From the NCBI GenBank assembly GCA_032718475.1, contig JAUCBJ010003376.1, forward strand, positions 1-34,460: a DNA stretch of 34,460 nucleotides, in the 5' to 3' direction. The position numbers and the translations under genes are program-made. Every line of letters begins with the position of its first letter. The first letter of the stretch is position 1. Below the pieces are notes generated by a model. It was not told where the DNA came from. It searched no databases and worked only from the letters and a program-made list of their open reading frames with translations. Source of the DNA: Nemertoderma westbladi. Lineage: Eukaryota; Animalia; Xenacoelomorpha. Shown here piece by piece: positions 12,100-23,138 of the stretch.

Positions 12100-12510
12100 G
12101 CCTTAAATAATCGGACCTAAAGTTTCCGATGAATTCTATGTGACTTCCAAATCCTGCAATAAGCCTATTCAAGGCTGCCCATGCCTTTCCTTTACGTATT
12201 CGAGGGTCCTTACCTGACTTCCGGATCCATGATCCCAGGTAACAGAAGTCGTCCACATGCTCAAACATACCATCCTTTGAGCTTTTGATGCTCATCCGAT
12301 CAGAAACTTGCTGAGGTCTTTCAAAGTTAACTGTCAAAATTTTGGTCTTTTTGGAGTTAATAAAAAGACCAACACAGAAGCAGCATGTTCTAATGAGCTG
12401 AGGAGCCGTTGGGCTCCCTCTAGTGATTCTTAGAGTACTCCATCAAAGTTCTCGACAAAGTCTAGATCAGTTAGGTACTTGGCAGGATTTCCTCGACTTC
12501 TGGAGCCAGT
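12100..12510 (-). mobile_element. Second RTE-like RT relic in SH2D4 intron 1
   Basis: Minus strand reads PAKYLTDLDF...GLFINSKKTK...HVDDFCYLGSWIRKSGKDPRIRKGKAWAALNRL; disrupted. Confidence 0.8.
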
Positions 12511-12583
12511 ACCGAAGTTAACTCGATGAGTTAATAGTGTAGGTTTGTAAGCCCCTATATAATATACATTTTATATCTTACAG

Positions 12584-12752
12584 AAAATGTAGACATGTTG
12601 ATTTTCTGTTGGGCACTGACAAGAACCCTTGGACTTGGGTTATGGGCGAAGCGCCAGAAGATAAAGAGTGGGACGATATAATGGATTCCTATGCTCTCAA
12701 ACAAGCCCACCAATTAGCGAGCCAAGAAGCGGAGGACGTTCGTAGGAAACAG
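12584..12752 (+). CDS. SH2D4: SH2D4-like, coding exon 2
   Basis: Acceptor ttatatcttacAG (12582-83). Phase-compatible with exon 1, giving KCRHVDFLLGTDKNPWTWVMGE, which matches the SH2D4 'W.WVMGE' block. Donor cag|GTGGGA at 12753, phase 0. Confidence 0.9.
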
Positions 12753-13262
12753 GTGGGAGGCCACGTTGTGTGTCGGTTAAAGAATGTACTCGTACTGTAC
12801 TCTCAGCATGCCAGCGATCTCCAGAATACATATGGCTATGCTAAAAACTAAATCGCAGTATATTGAGGAAGTTCTCGACGTATGTGTACGTATGTATATT
12901 CGGTTTACTTCGAGTGACAAGGCCAGGTCCAGGGGTTGTAAGCCAGAGGAAACCTTTTGTGATTTACTTGTAAATGGCATGGCATTGCAACATTGTTTTA
13001 ATTATTATTAAATCAGTAGCCATAGCGTAAGTTACAGTAGGTCTGTAAAATGTGTGAACTTAGTGAAATCGGAATCTTAAATTATTAACAATTGTGCTAG
13101 ACTACCATGATTCTGAGTGATTCTCATTAACATATTACTGATATTACACAATAAATACCTCCGCTTGTAAAATTTTCAACCGTAATCATTCAATTTTAAG
13201 TTACTATCATATAAATCAACTGTCTAATTCAATTACCCTACTGAATTACTGTTGTTTTATAG

Positions 13263-14666
13263 GAAGAGGAACTGCAGCGCCAGTACGAGGCCGAGAAAGC
13301 GAGATTGGAGAAAGAAGAGGCGGAAGCGCTAGAAATGGAAAGACTAGAGCAGGAACGTCAGGCTGAGATACTGCGGGAGCGAGATAAGCAACTAAGGATA
13401 GAGCAGGAGAAGGAGAAACAGGAGAAAATGCTGCAGGAGAAAGAAAAGCAAGAAAAACTTAAACGGGAGAGAGAGAGGCAGGAGGAGGAAGCGAGACTGA
13501 GGAAGAAGGAGGAGGTGGAACTGAAGAAGAGACAAGAGACTCAAAGATTGCAGAAAAAAATGGAAACCGAAAGGAAAGAACTTCAAAAATTAGAATTGGA
13601 AAGGCAAAAACAATTAGAAGCGCGGCTTGAGGCAGAAAAACAGCAAGAAATACAGAGAAGACGCCAGCTGGAGCGGCAACAACTAAAGGAGAGGCAAGAG
13701 TTGGAGAGGAAGCAGATACTTCGTCAGCAGGAAGAGCTGGAAAGGCAGAGAACGATGCAGATCAAACGGGAAGAGGAGACAAAATTACAACGAGAGAAGA
13801 TACGGCGCGAACAAGAGGAACGCCTCAAAAAGATGCGCGAGGAACAATTCCAGGCGCGGGAAGCCGAGATAAAGTTGCGTCAATCTCGTCGCGCGGAGGA
13901 ATTGTACCAAAGTTTTACGAACCTCAGGGGATCGGCTTCCGTGGAACACCAACGTATCGAGCAGTTGTGGCGACAACGAGAGAACAAAGCCAAGGCTGAG
14001 GATAAGAGACGGATCAGTTTGCACCACGAGACTTGTTTGAACATGGACAATCTCCATCTCGATCTCGAGCCTTCGGATTCCCCCGAGCGACGAGACGGCG
14101 ACGCCGCCAAGCTGCCGTTACCGCGTCGGTTGTCCATGTCGCGACAGGCCTCGGGTGAGGGCGCGGCGATCGAACGCCCTCGCCCGGCCCCACGACCCGC
14201 GCACGGCTCCAACCGCCGCTCCAAACAGCCGGAGAATCGGGCCGCGATAGTCGAATGGTTCCGGGAGGTTGAGTGGCCGCGAGGCGCAGGTTTCAGCGGA
14301 CCCAACAGCGATCTAGAGCTCTGGTTCCACGGGATTATAAGTCGTCGGGAGTCGGAACAACTCTTGTTTAAGTTCGAGGCCGGCGGCTTCCTTGTGCGTG
14401 TCAGCGAGAAGGTCTGGGGATACGTGATCTCTTTCCGAAGCGACGATCGTTGCAAACACTTCCTCATCGACACCGGCGGGGGAACCTATCAGTTCTTCGG
14501 GAAGAACCAGATCCCCCATCCGACTCTCCACGCCCTCGTGCAGCACCACAAGTCGCATCCCATATCGAAACTCGGCGGCGAAGTGTTGGGCACACCTTGC
14601 GGGCAGTATGTTAGCCCCCCGGATTACGAGGAGTTGTTTCAAGACAACGACGATGCCACTTTATAG
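13263..14666 (+). CDS. SH2D4: SH2D4-like, terminal exon 3 (E/K/R/Q-rich helical region + C-terminal SH2 domain)
   Basis: Acceptor gttgttttatAG (13261-62) is in frame with ORF 13305-14666. SH2 motifs WFHGIISRRESEQLL, GGFLVRVSE, CKHFLI, LVQHHK. Stop TAG at 14664-66. Spliced CDS = 173+169+1404 = 1746 nt (581 aa). Confidence 0.95.
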   Translation, partial: EEELQRQYEAEKARLEKEEAEALEMERLEQERQAEILRERDKQLRIEQEKEKQEKMLQEKEKQEKLKRERERQEEEARLRKKEEVELKKRQETQRLQKKMETERKELQKLELERQKQLEARLEAEKQQEIQRRRQLERQQLKERQELERKQILRQQEELERQRTMQIKREEETKLQREKIRREQEERLKKMREEQFQAREAEIKLRQSRRAEELYQSFTNLRGSASVEHQRIEQLWRQRENKAKAEDKRRISLHHETCLNMDNLHLDLEPSDSPERRDGDAAKLPLPRRLSMSRQASGEGAAIERPRPAPRPAHGSNRRSKQPENRAAIVEWFREVEWPRGAGFSGPNSDLELWFHGIISRRESEQLLFKFEAGGFLVRVSEKVWGYVISFRSDDRCKHFLIDTGGGTYQFFGKNQIPHPTLHALVQHHKSHPISKLGGEVLGTPCGQYVSPPDYEELFQDNDDATL

Positions 14667-15306
14667 TTATTTATTTAATTAATTTTAGACGCCAGAATTC
14701 CATTAATTACTTTGAGTTTTTAATCCACCGAAATTTGCGACATTTTATAAAAAAAATTGTTCGGTTTTGTTTTTTATTTTAATTGGTTTTATTTTGGTTC
14801 TATAATTCCGTATTTTTCAGGGATCGGAATAATTTCACGTAGTTAATTTTCGTAATAAAGAGATAATTATATATTTCCATATTTTCTCACCGCCAATGTT
14901 ATAATAAATACGCGATATATTTTATTGATAATGGTGCAGTTCTAGAGATTCGGCCATAATTAATTTAACTGCACACTTATATTTCCGATCCCTATTCTCT
15001 GATTGAACTAATTATCTATCGTCTTCCATAATATTTATTAACTGCGAGTACGAAACTCTGTTTGGCAAAGTTTCTGCGAGACGCGTTGCGTTTCGTAAGG
15101 TTCAATATTTCCTGCTGGGTATCTATCTACCAAAAGTGCCATGCGTTGCATCCCTAATCATAGATTTATCATAATGGAAGTAGTTCGTAGCCTAAATTGG
15201 TTTCAAAGGTGGTTGTTTTGATAAATGCAGGATAGACCTGAGTTTATGAGTTTACTGAACCCTTTCCTGAAAATATATTTGTATTATTTAAATTGCGAGG
15301 GGAGAA

Positions 15307-15329
15307 GGGGGGGGGGGGGGGGGGGGGGG
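15307..15329 (+). repeat. G23 homopolymer
   Basis: Read directly from the sequence. Confidence 0.9.
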
Positions 15330-16068
15330 TCCGAGCATTTAGTAATACAAATAAATATATATTATTATTACATTACAATATAAACTTTGCTTACTTAAGT
15401 AATGTAATAACAAAATATATTTTTAAACTGAAACTTCCCTTGTTCTTCAAAATAAGTCAATTAATTTTAATTATTTTTACATAGGCCTAATTGAGAAAAT
15501 GATTTTTTGTTTTGTTTAAAAAAAAAGGTCGGCACTTCAGCAAGGAAGTTTTAGAAAACTTTTGTTCCAAAATGTAAACTGGAAAATACGTTCCTCTTAA
15601 TTAATCAGGTTATTTTTTTTTACCTAAATTTTTCGTTATTATCATGTTATTTTATGAATAAAAGACTTAACTATTTAACATTGCCACTGTCGAAACATTG
15701 GAACTTGAAAGAACGATCACCCTAAGTATAAAGTAACCACCACCCTTGTTGTAAAAAATATAGAACCTGCATAAGAACATTTCATAATGTAACATAAGAT
15801 GATTCACTATCAAAATTAGGAGAGAATTCTTTTTACAGTTTTCAAACCTTCCCACTAGCTAGTAAAAGAAACACTAGCTACACCTTAATAAATAATATAT
15901 AATAATGTTCTCGAACACTTACCAATAACAAAAATAAAAAAAATACAGTATTTTTAAAATTTCAAAAAATTCTAGCAAGTAAATAACACTAGCTACCATA
16001 AAAAATATCTCTAATAATGTTCTAGAACATTCACCAATATCAAAAAAAGTACTAAAAAGTTGCTATCA

Positions 16069-16172
16069 GGAACCGGACAATTCGGTCCCGGACAATTCGG
16101 TCCCGGACAATTCGGTCCCATTTATTTAGTGTTTTGGGACCGAATTGTCCGGGAACGAATTGTCCTACATCC
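16069..16172. mobile_element. Minimal ~100-bp MITE of 15-bp inverted repeats
   Basis: (CCGGACAATTCGGTC)x3, a short spacer, then GGGACCGAATTGTCCGGGAACGAATTGTCCTACATCC. No TSD seen. Confidence 0.65.
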
Positions 16173-16976
16173 TCGCAGGACGTTTATTCGCCGTAAGGAC
16201 CAGCATGTGCTTCGGCAGCCTCATGGAGAAATTAAGCAAGGTGGACAGCCCGTGACTTACTTAAGACGTCTCTTAAAGTACACCTTGAAGATGTGGATAA
16301 TCTCACAAAAGTCATGGGGGATAGGGAGATATGGCGGCGCAATTTTGTCGACAAGACTGCATATAATTCTTAATGCACGCGGCATCACAGAAAGCCAAAA
16401 GTAGATTAGGTGGTGGTGGCGCAATTTTTTTTCTTAAGCCATAATAGCATCTCAATGTGAGACTGGCCGAATAGATAGACTAACCTGTACTTCTGGCTAG
16501 CGTATCTGTTAGTAGATGCTATTGGAGGAATATATTATTTTAGTAACAAATATTTAGTGTAAAAACCATTTCATTTAGTGGAAAAATTGTTTTAGTGACC
16601 AATAAAAATATTTATCAAAGGATCGCGATTAATATCGCAAGATCGCGGTGGGGGTTGCCCCATTTGCCTCTAACTTGGAGGTCCCGGGTTCCCGGACCTC
16701 GATCCCCGGACCACCGGGTCCCTCTAGCGATTCTGTGACTGGTGCGCTAACCCAGCGATATGGGAATGGATCCGATATGGGCTTTTACATTAGCTTCTCT
16801 CTCATTCCTTATGAATAATTAGTATTATTTTGTACGTATTGGAGGTCCGCGTCTCGATGCGCTATACATTATTATTATCAGATGAACTGATTAATTATTA
16901 AGTTAATTATTCAGACAGTGTGCTACTATAATACGAGACTATTTATTCTATACATTCAATATATAATATTTCCTTT

Positions 16977-16982
16977 AATAAA
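16977..16982 (+). promoter_or_regulatory. Candidate distal poly(A) signal for SH2D4
   Basis: AATAAA followed ~15 nt later by a GT-rich TGTTTGTTTG tract. A proximal AATAAA also exists at 14903. The AT-rich background makes this weak. Confidence 0.3.
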
Positions 16983-18039
16983 ACATTTCTCCGACTGTTT
17001 GTTTGATTCAATTGTTATCGCTAATACCGTGCGAATAACGTTACAGTTTTATTCGCTCTGATCAAAGTGGATCCTATTGTTAGTCGTATAAAGTGCTGTT
17101 AGTCGTATAAAGTGCTGCATTACACACTAACTAGTTTTTAATTATTTCCGGCAACGTATTTTATATTACTATTATATACTTACAGTAACTTAATAAAATA
17201 CCTTACCGTTTCGACTTTAGTTTTGTTGGTTGGTGTTGTGATTTCTGCTCGTTGTGCTCTGTTACCTACTGTGTTGTGGTTACTCTGTTACTTGTGTAAC
17301 GCTATTACTGTAATGTTATATTTAGCGGTGCATTTATTTACATATTATATATATTTATTTTATAAATCAAGTCGTTCAATTAAATTTTAGTAATAAATTA
17401 TTACGAAAGTGCCAACTATATTATGTAATTATGCAACCTTTATTATAGTAACAATAACAATATCAACAGTTTTACTACAGTATTAAAAATATAGCTTATT
17501 TAAATGTCAATTGATATATAAAACATGATACTATATTGTATTGATACCGTTTTCCAATCAGCAACTCACTTATTCCTAAAAAAATATATCTATAACTCTG
17601 GAAACCCTTACCTAACATTGTACCATAAATAAATGCAGTACCGGTACCGTGCGTTAACGCAAGGTGGTGTATAGTAATCCGACATTTCCTGAATTACTAT
17701 CCTACAGCTTCTTGTTAAAACCCAGTAAGCTGAATAAAAGTTTCTCAGTTTAGAATTTTTTTTACCAATGCGGTAAGTTAAATAAATGTTTTTTAGCTTG
17801 GAGTATTTTTACCATTGTCAAGCGTCTGTAGTAAATTGTTTGCTTACAACTTACACGGTTGGCTGGACTTAAAGAAAAGAAAACTAAAACTTTTCTAAAA
17901 ACAGCACCGGTAACAATTATTTCCTTACTGTACTTTAGGTAATTTTTGTCACTACAATCAATTTTTATTAACTATTGTCTTACCTGGCGAGATGTTGTTG
18001 TTGTTGATTTTAGTTTAAAATCATATATTCTATCATATC

Positions 18040-18400
18040 TTTTTTTTATTTTATTTTTTGAAAATAAAACCTGCATTTCAAATTTTCACGAAAAATCACA
18101 CACAAATTTGAAATTTAAAATTAAAAAGTTCACTAAGTTAGTCAAATGCCTCCTGTGTTGAGTGCAGTTGCAGTATTTCTGTATGATTCAAGGAGACAAG
18201 CGCGGTTCCCTTTCTGAACTGCTACAGCAAGACGCTGTCGCATATGGCTGTTGGCGTTCTTGCTGTCAGTGCATTTAGTAATTCTTGCTCCAAGGACTGA
18301 AATAAAAGCTGAACTTCTTCGCCTATCCCCCCAGTGCAGACTCGATGGCGATGGGCTGGTAATATTCGGAGGTCGTATATTTCAGGCGCTTCGAACTTTC
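18040..18400 (-). mobile_element. 3' end of a CRE-clade (restriction-like endonuclease) non-LTR retrotransposon
   Basis: Minus strand reads ESSKRLKY...YQPIAIES / frameshift / SAFISVLGARITKCTDSKNANSHMRQRLAVAVQKGNRACLLES, matching the CRE RLE C-terminus (K..KY, P.A.E..G, QRL..A.Q.GN). Stop at 18142, then an A-rich tail ending near 18040. Confidence 0.75.
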
Positions 18401-18531
18401 ACACTTAAATATTGCAATTATTTAATTAAAAAAACCTAAATTAAATCGAATCGAGTTACCCAATTACAATCGTAATTATTTAGTGTTTAACAAAAAGGAG
18501 ACAGGTAAATTCTACCAATGTATTTTCTTGG

Positions 18532-19724
18532 CCCATGTTGAAGAATACCACACTTTCTGCCGTTATATTTCACTTTGCAGTTACCCCCATGTGAAGAATA
18601 CCAGTTTTTCACCAAAAACACAGGTCACAGAAGGGCTGAATCTAACCAAAACAATAAACGAACTAGTAGGCCCATGTGAAGAATTCCAGGTATTCACCAA
18701 AAGCACAGGTTACAGAAGGGCTGAATTTAACCAAAACAATAAGCGAATTAGTATATGTACAGGTTATAAGACAGAAATAATCGCTATAAAACACTTAATA
18801 AAGATAAATTAAAAAAAATTTAAAATCTGCATATATACAGTATAATTCCAACAAAAAGTCGACCGAAAAGTTAAATCCTGGTATTCTTCACATGGGCGAT
18901 TTAGTATATGTAGGCCTAAACTGTACAGGTTATAAGACAGAAATAAGCGCTATAAACACTTAATAAAGATAAATTAAAAAAAATAAAAAATCTTCATTAG
19001 CAAGTCGTTAGTTAGACTTGATTCTGTAAGAAAATTGATGGCAGAAAAAACTAATGTTGACTACTGACCTAGAGCAAAATATTTATACTGTGGAGGCTGT
19101 ATGCTTATAAGGCTGAATGTTTACTCAGCCTCATAATGATTCTCCATAAGGCTAACATTATAGTTTGAATCATAAAAATATGTTATAATAATAATATAAT
19201 TGTTGTATTTAATTAATATCGCGGTTTACATTGAAGAGTGTAAATTGTTAATCGCGGTTTACATTGAAACATCTCAACTTGTTTTATTTATTACAAAAAT
19301 AAGAACGAATTTGTCTTATCACTTCTTGTGCGCGATTGTATTGAATTCATGACGACAACGGCTGTTATTATTATTCATCAATTGACACCTCGACTCCTCT
19401 CTGAGACTCCGACTACTCTATCCGATAGAATAAAATAATAATTTCGCTAACAGCTCCCTATCTTCTATAATCACAACAGCTTTTATAATTCATTAGATGA
19501 TTACAACATAATAATTATAGTTTGAAGTTGTCTAGAAAATTTCTCGTACACCACCAGGACTACCCTCACACTAATTTATTATCAGACAGAACAAAAAGCT
19601 TTTACTTGACTCGTACTGTCTCCTACGACTTGCTTCACGGGCCGCTAGGCCCGCCTCTAGTATATAAAATTCCAATAAAAAGTCGACCGAAAAGTGAAAT
19701 CATGGTATTCTTCACATGGGCGAT
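18532..19724. mobile_element. Composite/rearranged non-autonomous element with CCCATGTGAAGAATACCA inverted repeats
   Basis: Motif on + at 18532, 18586 and 18671; on - at 18879-97 and 19703-20. Duplicated blocks 18750-18820/18901-18990 and 18848-18900/19672-19724. Confidence 0.55.
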
Positions 19725-21074
19725 TTTCTTATCATATCATATCGTTTATTAGCGTAGGCGTGCCTTCAAGTTATAGGACACCCAGCAATACTGTAGTTCA
19801 AAATACTATCACTTCACCGTATTGTATGTGAGCGCAGTTAAGCAAATCGATTTTATTGGATTTGATTGTTTGTTACGCGTCGTGGGATGAGGAACTTTTC
19901 TATTAATCGCTTCAGATTTACGTCTTATAATTCAATGCAACGCCTCGAAATCCTGCAAATTAATTTTTGTGAATTAATAACTGTAGGCCTAAGGCCAAGC
20001 CTGTATTTTATTATGTTTCTAATTTTAAATGTCTCAAATATATTCTTATGATTTTAACAACATATGGAAGTGAATCAGACACATAAATTCAACATTTACC
20101 AACTTTTACAACATAAGAAATATCCCAATCTGTATAGACAAACACTCCCGAGTCCAGACTTGTACCGGTCTGGCAGTATCTCAGAGTTGATAGAGTGCCA
20201 CTGGCTGACTTGTTAATTGAAGTAGGCTACAGCAATATTGTGCTGACATCCGACAGTCGAAAGTGAAAGTATCTTACCAGTACATAGCGCGCTCATTGGA
20301 TGAGCTTTGTCCACTATTGTGGATATAAACATTAACACAATTTTACAATAATACAGCAGCTGTATTAGAGGAGATTTTTCACTTAATAGAATTGGGAATG
20401 CTGTATGTGATTTATGTGTAATATACTTTATTTTAGTTTAAAAGCAATCACAATAATTTAAGATAAAACTGGTTTAGTTTAAAAGCAATCACAATAATTC
20501 AAGATAAAACTTAAATAAATTTTTTGGGAACAAGGTCTCCTGTTTACAGTAGGCCTAGTAATTCATGTTGAATTAATAAGCTTCTTATATTGCACAATAG
20601 AAGCGATTATGAACAAACAAATTTATGTTGCTCTGGAAACTAAAAGGTAACTATGCAGAAATGCTTAGTCATTGATAGTCATTGAACTAAAGTTTGTTTT
20701 CACAAAATTAAGGAAAAAAATTCCACCGATAGTCCTCCACAGTAGTACCTTGTTGCTATGTAAAATGAATGTTGTTGCTAAGGAAATAAACATTAAATTG
20801 TTAATATGGTCCGATTTTTTTGGAGAATGGGATTTTAGTCATCTACCCACAGGTTTTCTGTCATCTTTATACCGTATTGTACTGTATACCACAAACATTT
20901 TTTTTGGTACTTTTTCTCAATTTCTCACTTTTACTGCTAAATTAGAAAAGTAAATTTGTAAAATTAAGTTAATAACTATTTATTTTTTTATGACGTATTT
21001 ATTTAGAATATTTACTGTATAAAGTCTACCTAAGGCCGATCCATCCTACCGACAGTAATTTATTACAATTAATT

Positions 21075-21477
21075 GCAGCAAAAGCAGCAGCTTGGTCTAG
21101 TGGTGACATTCCTGGGCTTCAAGTTAGGGAGCCCAGGTTCGATCCCTAGATGGGGCAGCACTATTTGGGCACAGTGCTTTAAATTCTTCAGGCTAGCTTT
21201 TTTCCGGTCAGCCGGTTTTCATCCTTCAGTGGTCGATAAATAGGAACCAAGGCAACTTGGGAAACAGAGTGGAAGGGTTTACTGTGGAAGATCACCCATT
21301 GTGGTGAACAGGCATTCCTTTAGAAAACAGAGTGGAAGGGTTTACTGTGGAAGATCACCCATTGTGGTGAACAGGCATTCCTTTATGAAACAGAGTGGAA
21401 GGGTTTACTGTGGAAGATCACCCATTGTGGTGAACAGGCATTCCTTCTCTTAACAAGCCTAAAAGATTATCCCATTC
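21075..21477 (+). mobile_element. tRNA-derived SINE with Meta-type core (MetaSINE-like)
   Basis: A box TGGTCTAGTGG (21093), B box GGTTCGATCCC (21136). Core TCAGCC..TTTCATCCTTC.GTGGTCGATAAATAGGAACC resembles the Meta domain. Exact 13-bp TSD ATTACAATTAATT (21062-74, 21478-90). A ~62-bp 3' block is triplicated. Confidence 0.85.
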
Positions 21478-21554
21478 ATTACAATTAATTTCCTTGGTTG
21501 TTTAGTTTGAGTTTCATTACTTTATTCTACTTTAAAATGCTTTATTACATAAAT

Positions 21555-21735
21555 ATGTGTAATAAGTTACTTCTTGTGGTTCTTTTGGGGGACATCTGTT
21601 TCTGTGAGATGCCAGGGTTCCAATGCGGTCAGATCCCTCAAGGTCATGGCAAGATAAAGATGCCGGGTAGCAATGGGTTCTACATACATCTAAAGAATCA
21701 ATCGACAGGATACAAATCGGGGGAGATTTATAAAG
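21555..21735 (+). CDS. Putative first exon of an F-spondin/Reeler-domain secreted protein (possibly pseudogenised)
   Basis: MCNKLLLVVLLGDICFC is signal-peptide-like, followed by CGQIPQGHGKIKMPGSNGFYIHLKNQSTGYKSGEIYK, which resembles the invertebrate spondin-1 Reeler start C..P.GH...K.PG.NGF.I......Y..GE.Y. Donor g|GTGGGT at 21736. No clean downstream exons found. Confidence 0.5.
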
Positions 21736-22549
21736 GTGGGTTTTTATATTTATAATTATTTGTTGTTATCTAAGGTCTTCCGCGTACAAGAGATCCAAAG
21801 CGTCATGATTATTTTGGAAGGTAACCCGACTAATAGTAATATTGCAGAATACCCTTGTCATAATAACCAATTAATCTATTGTAAGTTTATACAGTAGTAT
21901 TGCAACTCAGTTCCACATTTTTTACTTGGGAAAAAAGTAGAACTTCTACGTTTATTTTCCCATGTACAGTAATAATACATAATAATCTTAAATTGGTAGG
22001 GGAGTACTTTATTGTTGCTTAATTATTTAATAAAAGGTAGAGGGAGATAGTGTTACAAAATATATTGAGATAGTATATTACTATATTGCTTCCATAGTTG
22101 CTGCAATTCAAATTATTGTAGGCCTACTCTTCAACTCGTGATGCGGCCTTACCCATGGTTAATTGTTCTCGAATATATATTACAACTGAAGGGCCGTTTA
22201 ACTATATATACCATATATTGGATATTGAGTTCCGTTTTGGAGTACACCTCGCAAACACTAATGTTAAAATAACCTTATCTTTTTATGATTTCTTGAATGG
22301 GTTTGGCTCAAATTACTGTACTTGAAAACCAACTTTTTTGCAGGGAAAAAATAAATATAAATGCAATCATATGGGCTACTTTTTCCTTAGGGAAAAAAGT
22401 ACAACTTTTTCTCCCGATTTTGGGGTAGGGCCGGTAGGGCCTACATTCGAACGCAAACGTATCAAGTTAAGAATAAATAATATTTTTACAAAAAAACCTC
22501 CAGTTTGTACAAATTCATTGTTAGTGCTATCAATACGGTACCTGGCGAC

Positions 22550-23100
22550 TCACTGTAAGATAAGGATATCTGCTGCTTCTGCGTTCTTGTAGTTTGAACC
22601 CAAGTTCTTCACTAGTTGTCGCTGTCCTCATTACGTAATCCAATACAATTTGAAATAGAAATCCAATATATCGCTTTGCAGTACATAAGTCAGAATTGAG
22701 AATAACTCTGTTTTCTCCTTCTGCTGTGAGTACCTGAGCTTCTGTATCACAATATATCTATCCAATGCCAACGACAATTACTTCTGGTATTCCATAAGCT
22801 CTTAGGATTTGCAGAATTTCACCACTATATAGAGTCGAGTGCTTTCATGAAGTCCACAAATGTCAGAACTGCAGGAAGGTTCTTTTTAACTTTATTCCCA
22901 TAGCAGCCTCTGTAGCCCGTAGCGATAGTATCTGAGCTATTGTTGATCTATTGAGGCGATATCCATATGGCATTTGCTCTTTCTCTATATGAGGTCTAAT
23001 TTGATATAGAATCATTTTGTTGTATATCTTGGCAGCCACCACAAGCAGACAGATCCCACGATAGTTTGTTGTTATGCCGAGGTCTCCTTTCTTGTGGAGT
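22550..23100 (-). mobile_element. Third RTE-like RT relic (N-terminal RT domains)
   Basis: Minus strand reads HKKGDLGITTNYRGICLLVVAAKIYNKMIL...NRSTIAQILSLR...LTFVDFMKALDSI...ILRAYGIP...FLFQIVLDYVMR...RRSSRYP, with stops and frameshifts. Confidence 0.85.
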
Positions 23101-23138
23101 GGAGTGGCTTTATTTGAATTTTACACCAGATTGATGGT

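Noticed and set aside
13392-14642. Antisense ORFs (13392-13586, 13785-14057, 13880-14473, 14313-14642)
   Set aside because: Shadows of the purine-rich or GC-rich SH2D4 exon; no recognisable protein features.
14649-14666. C-terminal PDZ-binding motif in SH2D4 (DDATL)
   Set aside because: Position -2 is Ala, not Ser/Thr; poor class I match.
16060-16404. 114-aa ORF with GPGQF repeats
   Set aside because: The repeat is the 15-bp unit of a small MITE; non-ATG start and no other coding evidence.
16660-16720. tRNA-like fragments here and at 28690-28727 (-)
   Set aside because: Only a shared TAACTTGGAGG.CCC..GTTC(GATCCC) B-box remnant; probably SINE debris, too short to annotate.
21084-21160. tRNA gene with a possible TCA anticodon
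   Set aside because: No proper acceptor stem, irregular anticodon loop, followed by a SINE core and enclosed by a TSD; it is a SINE head.
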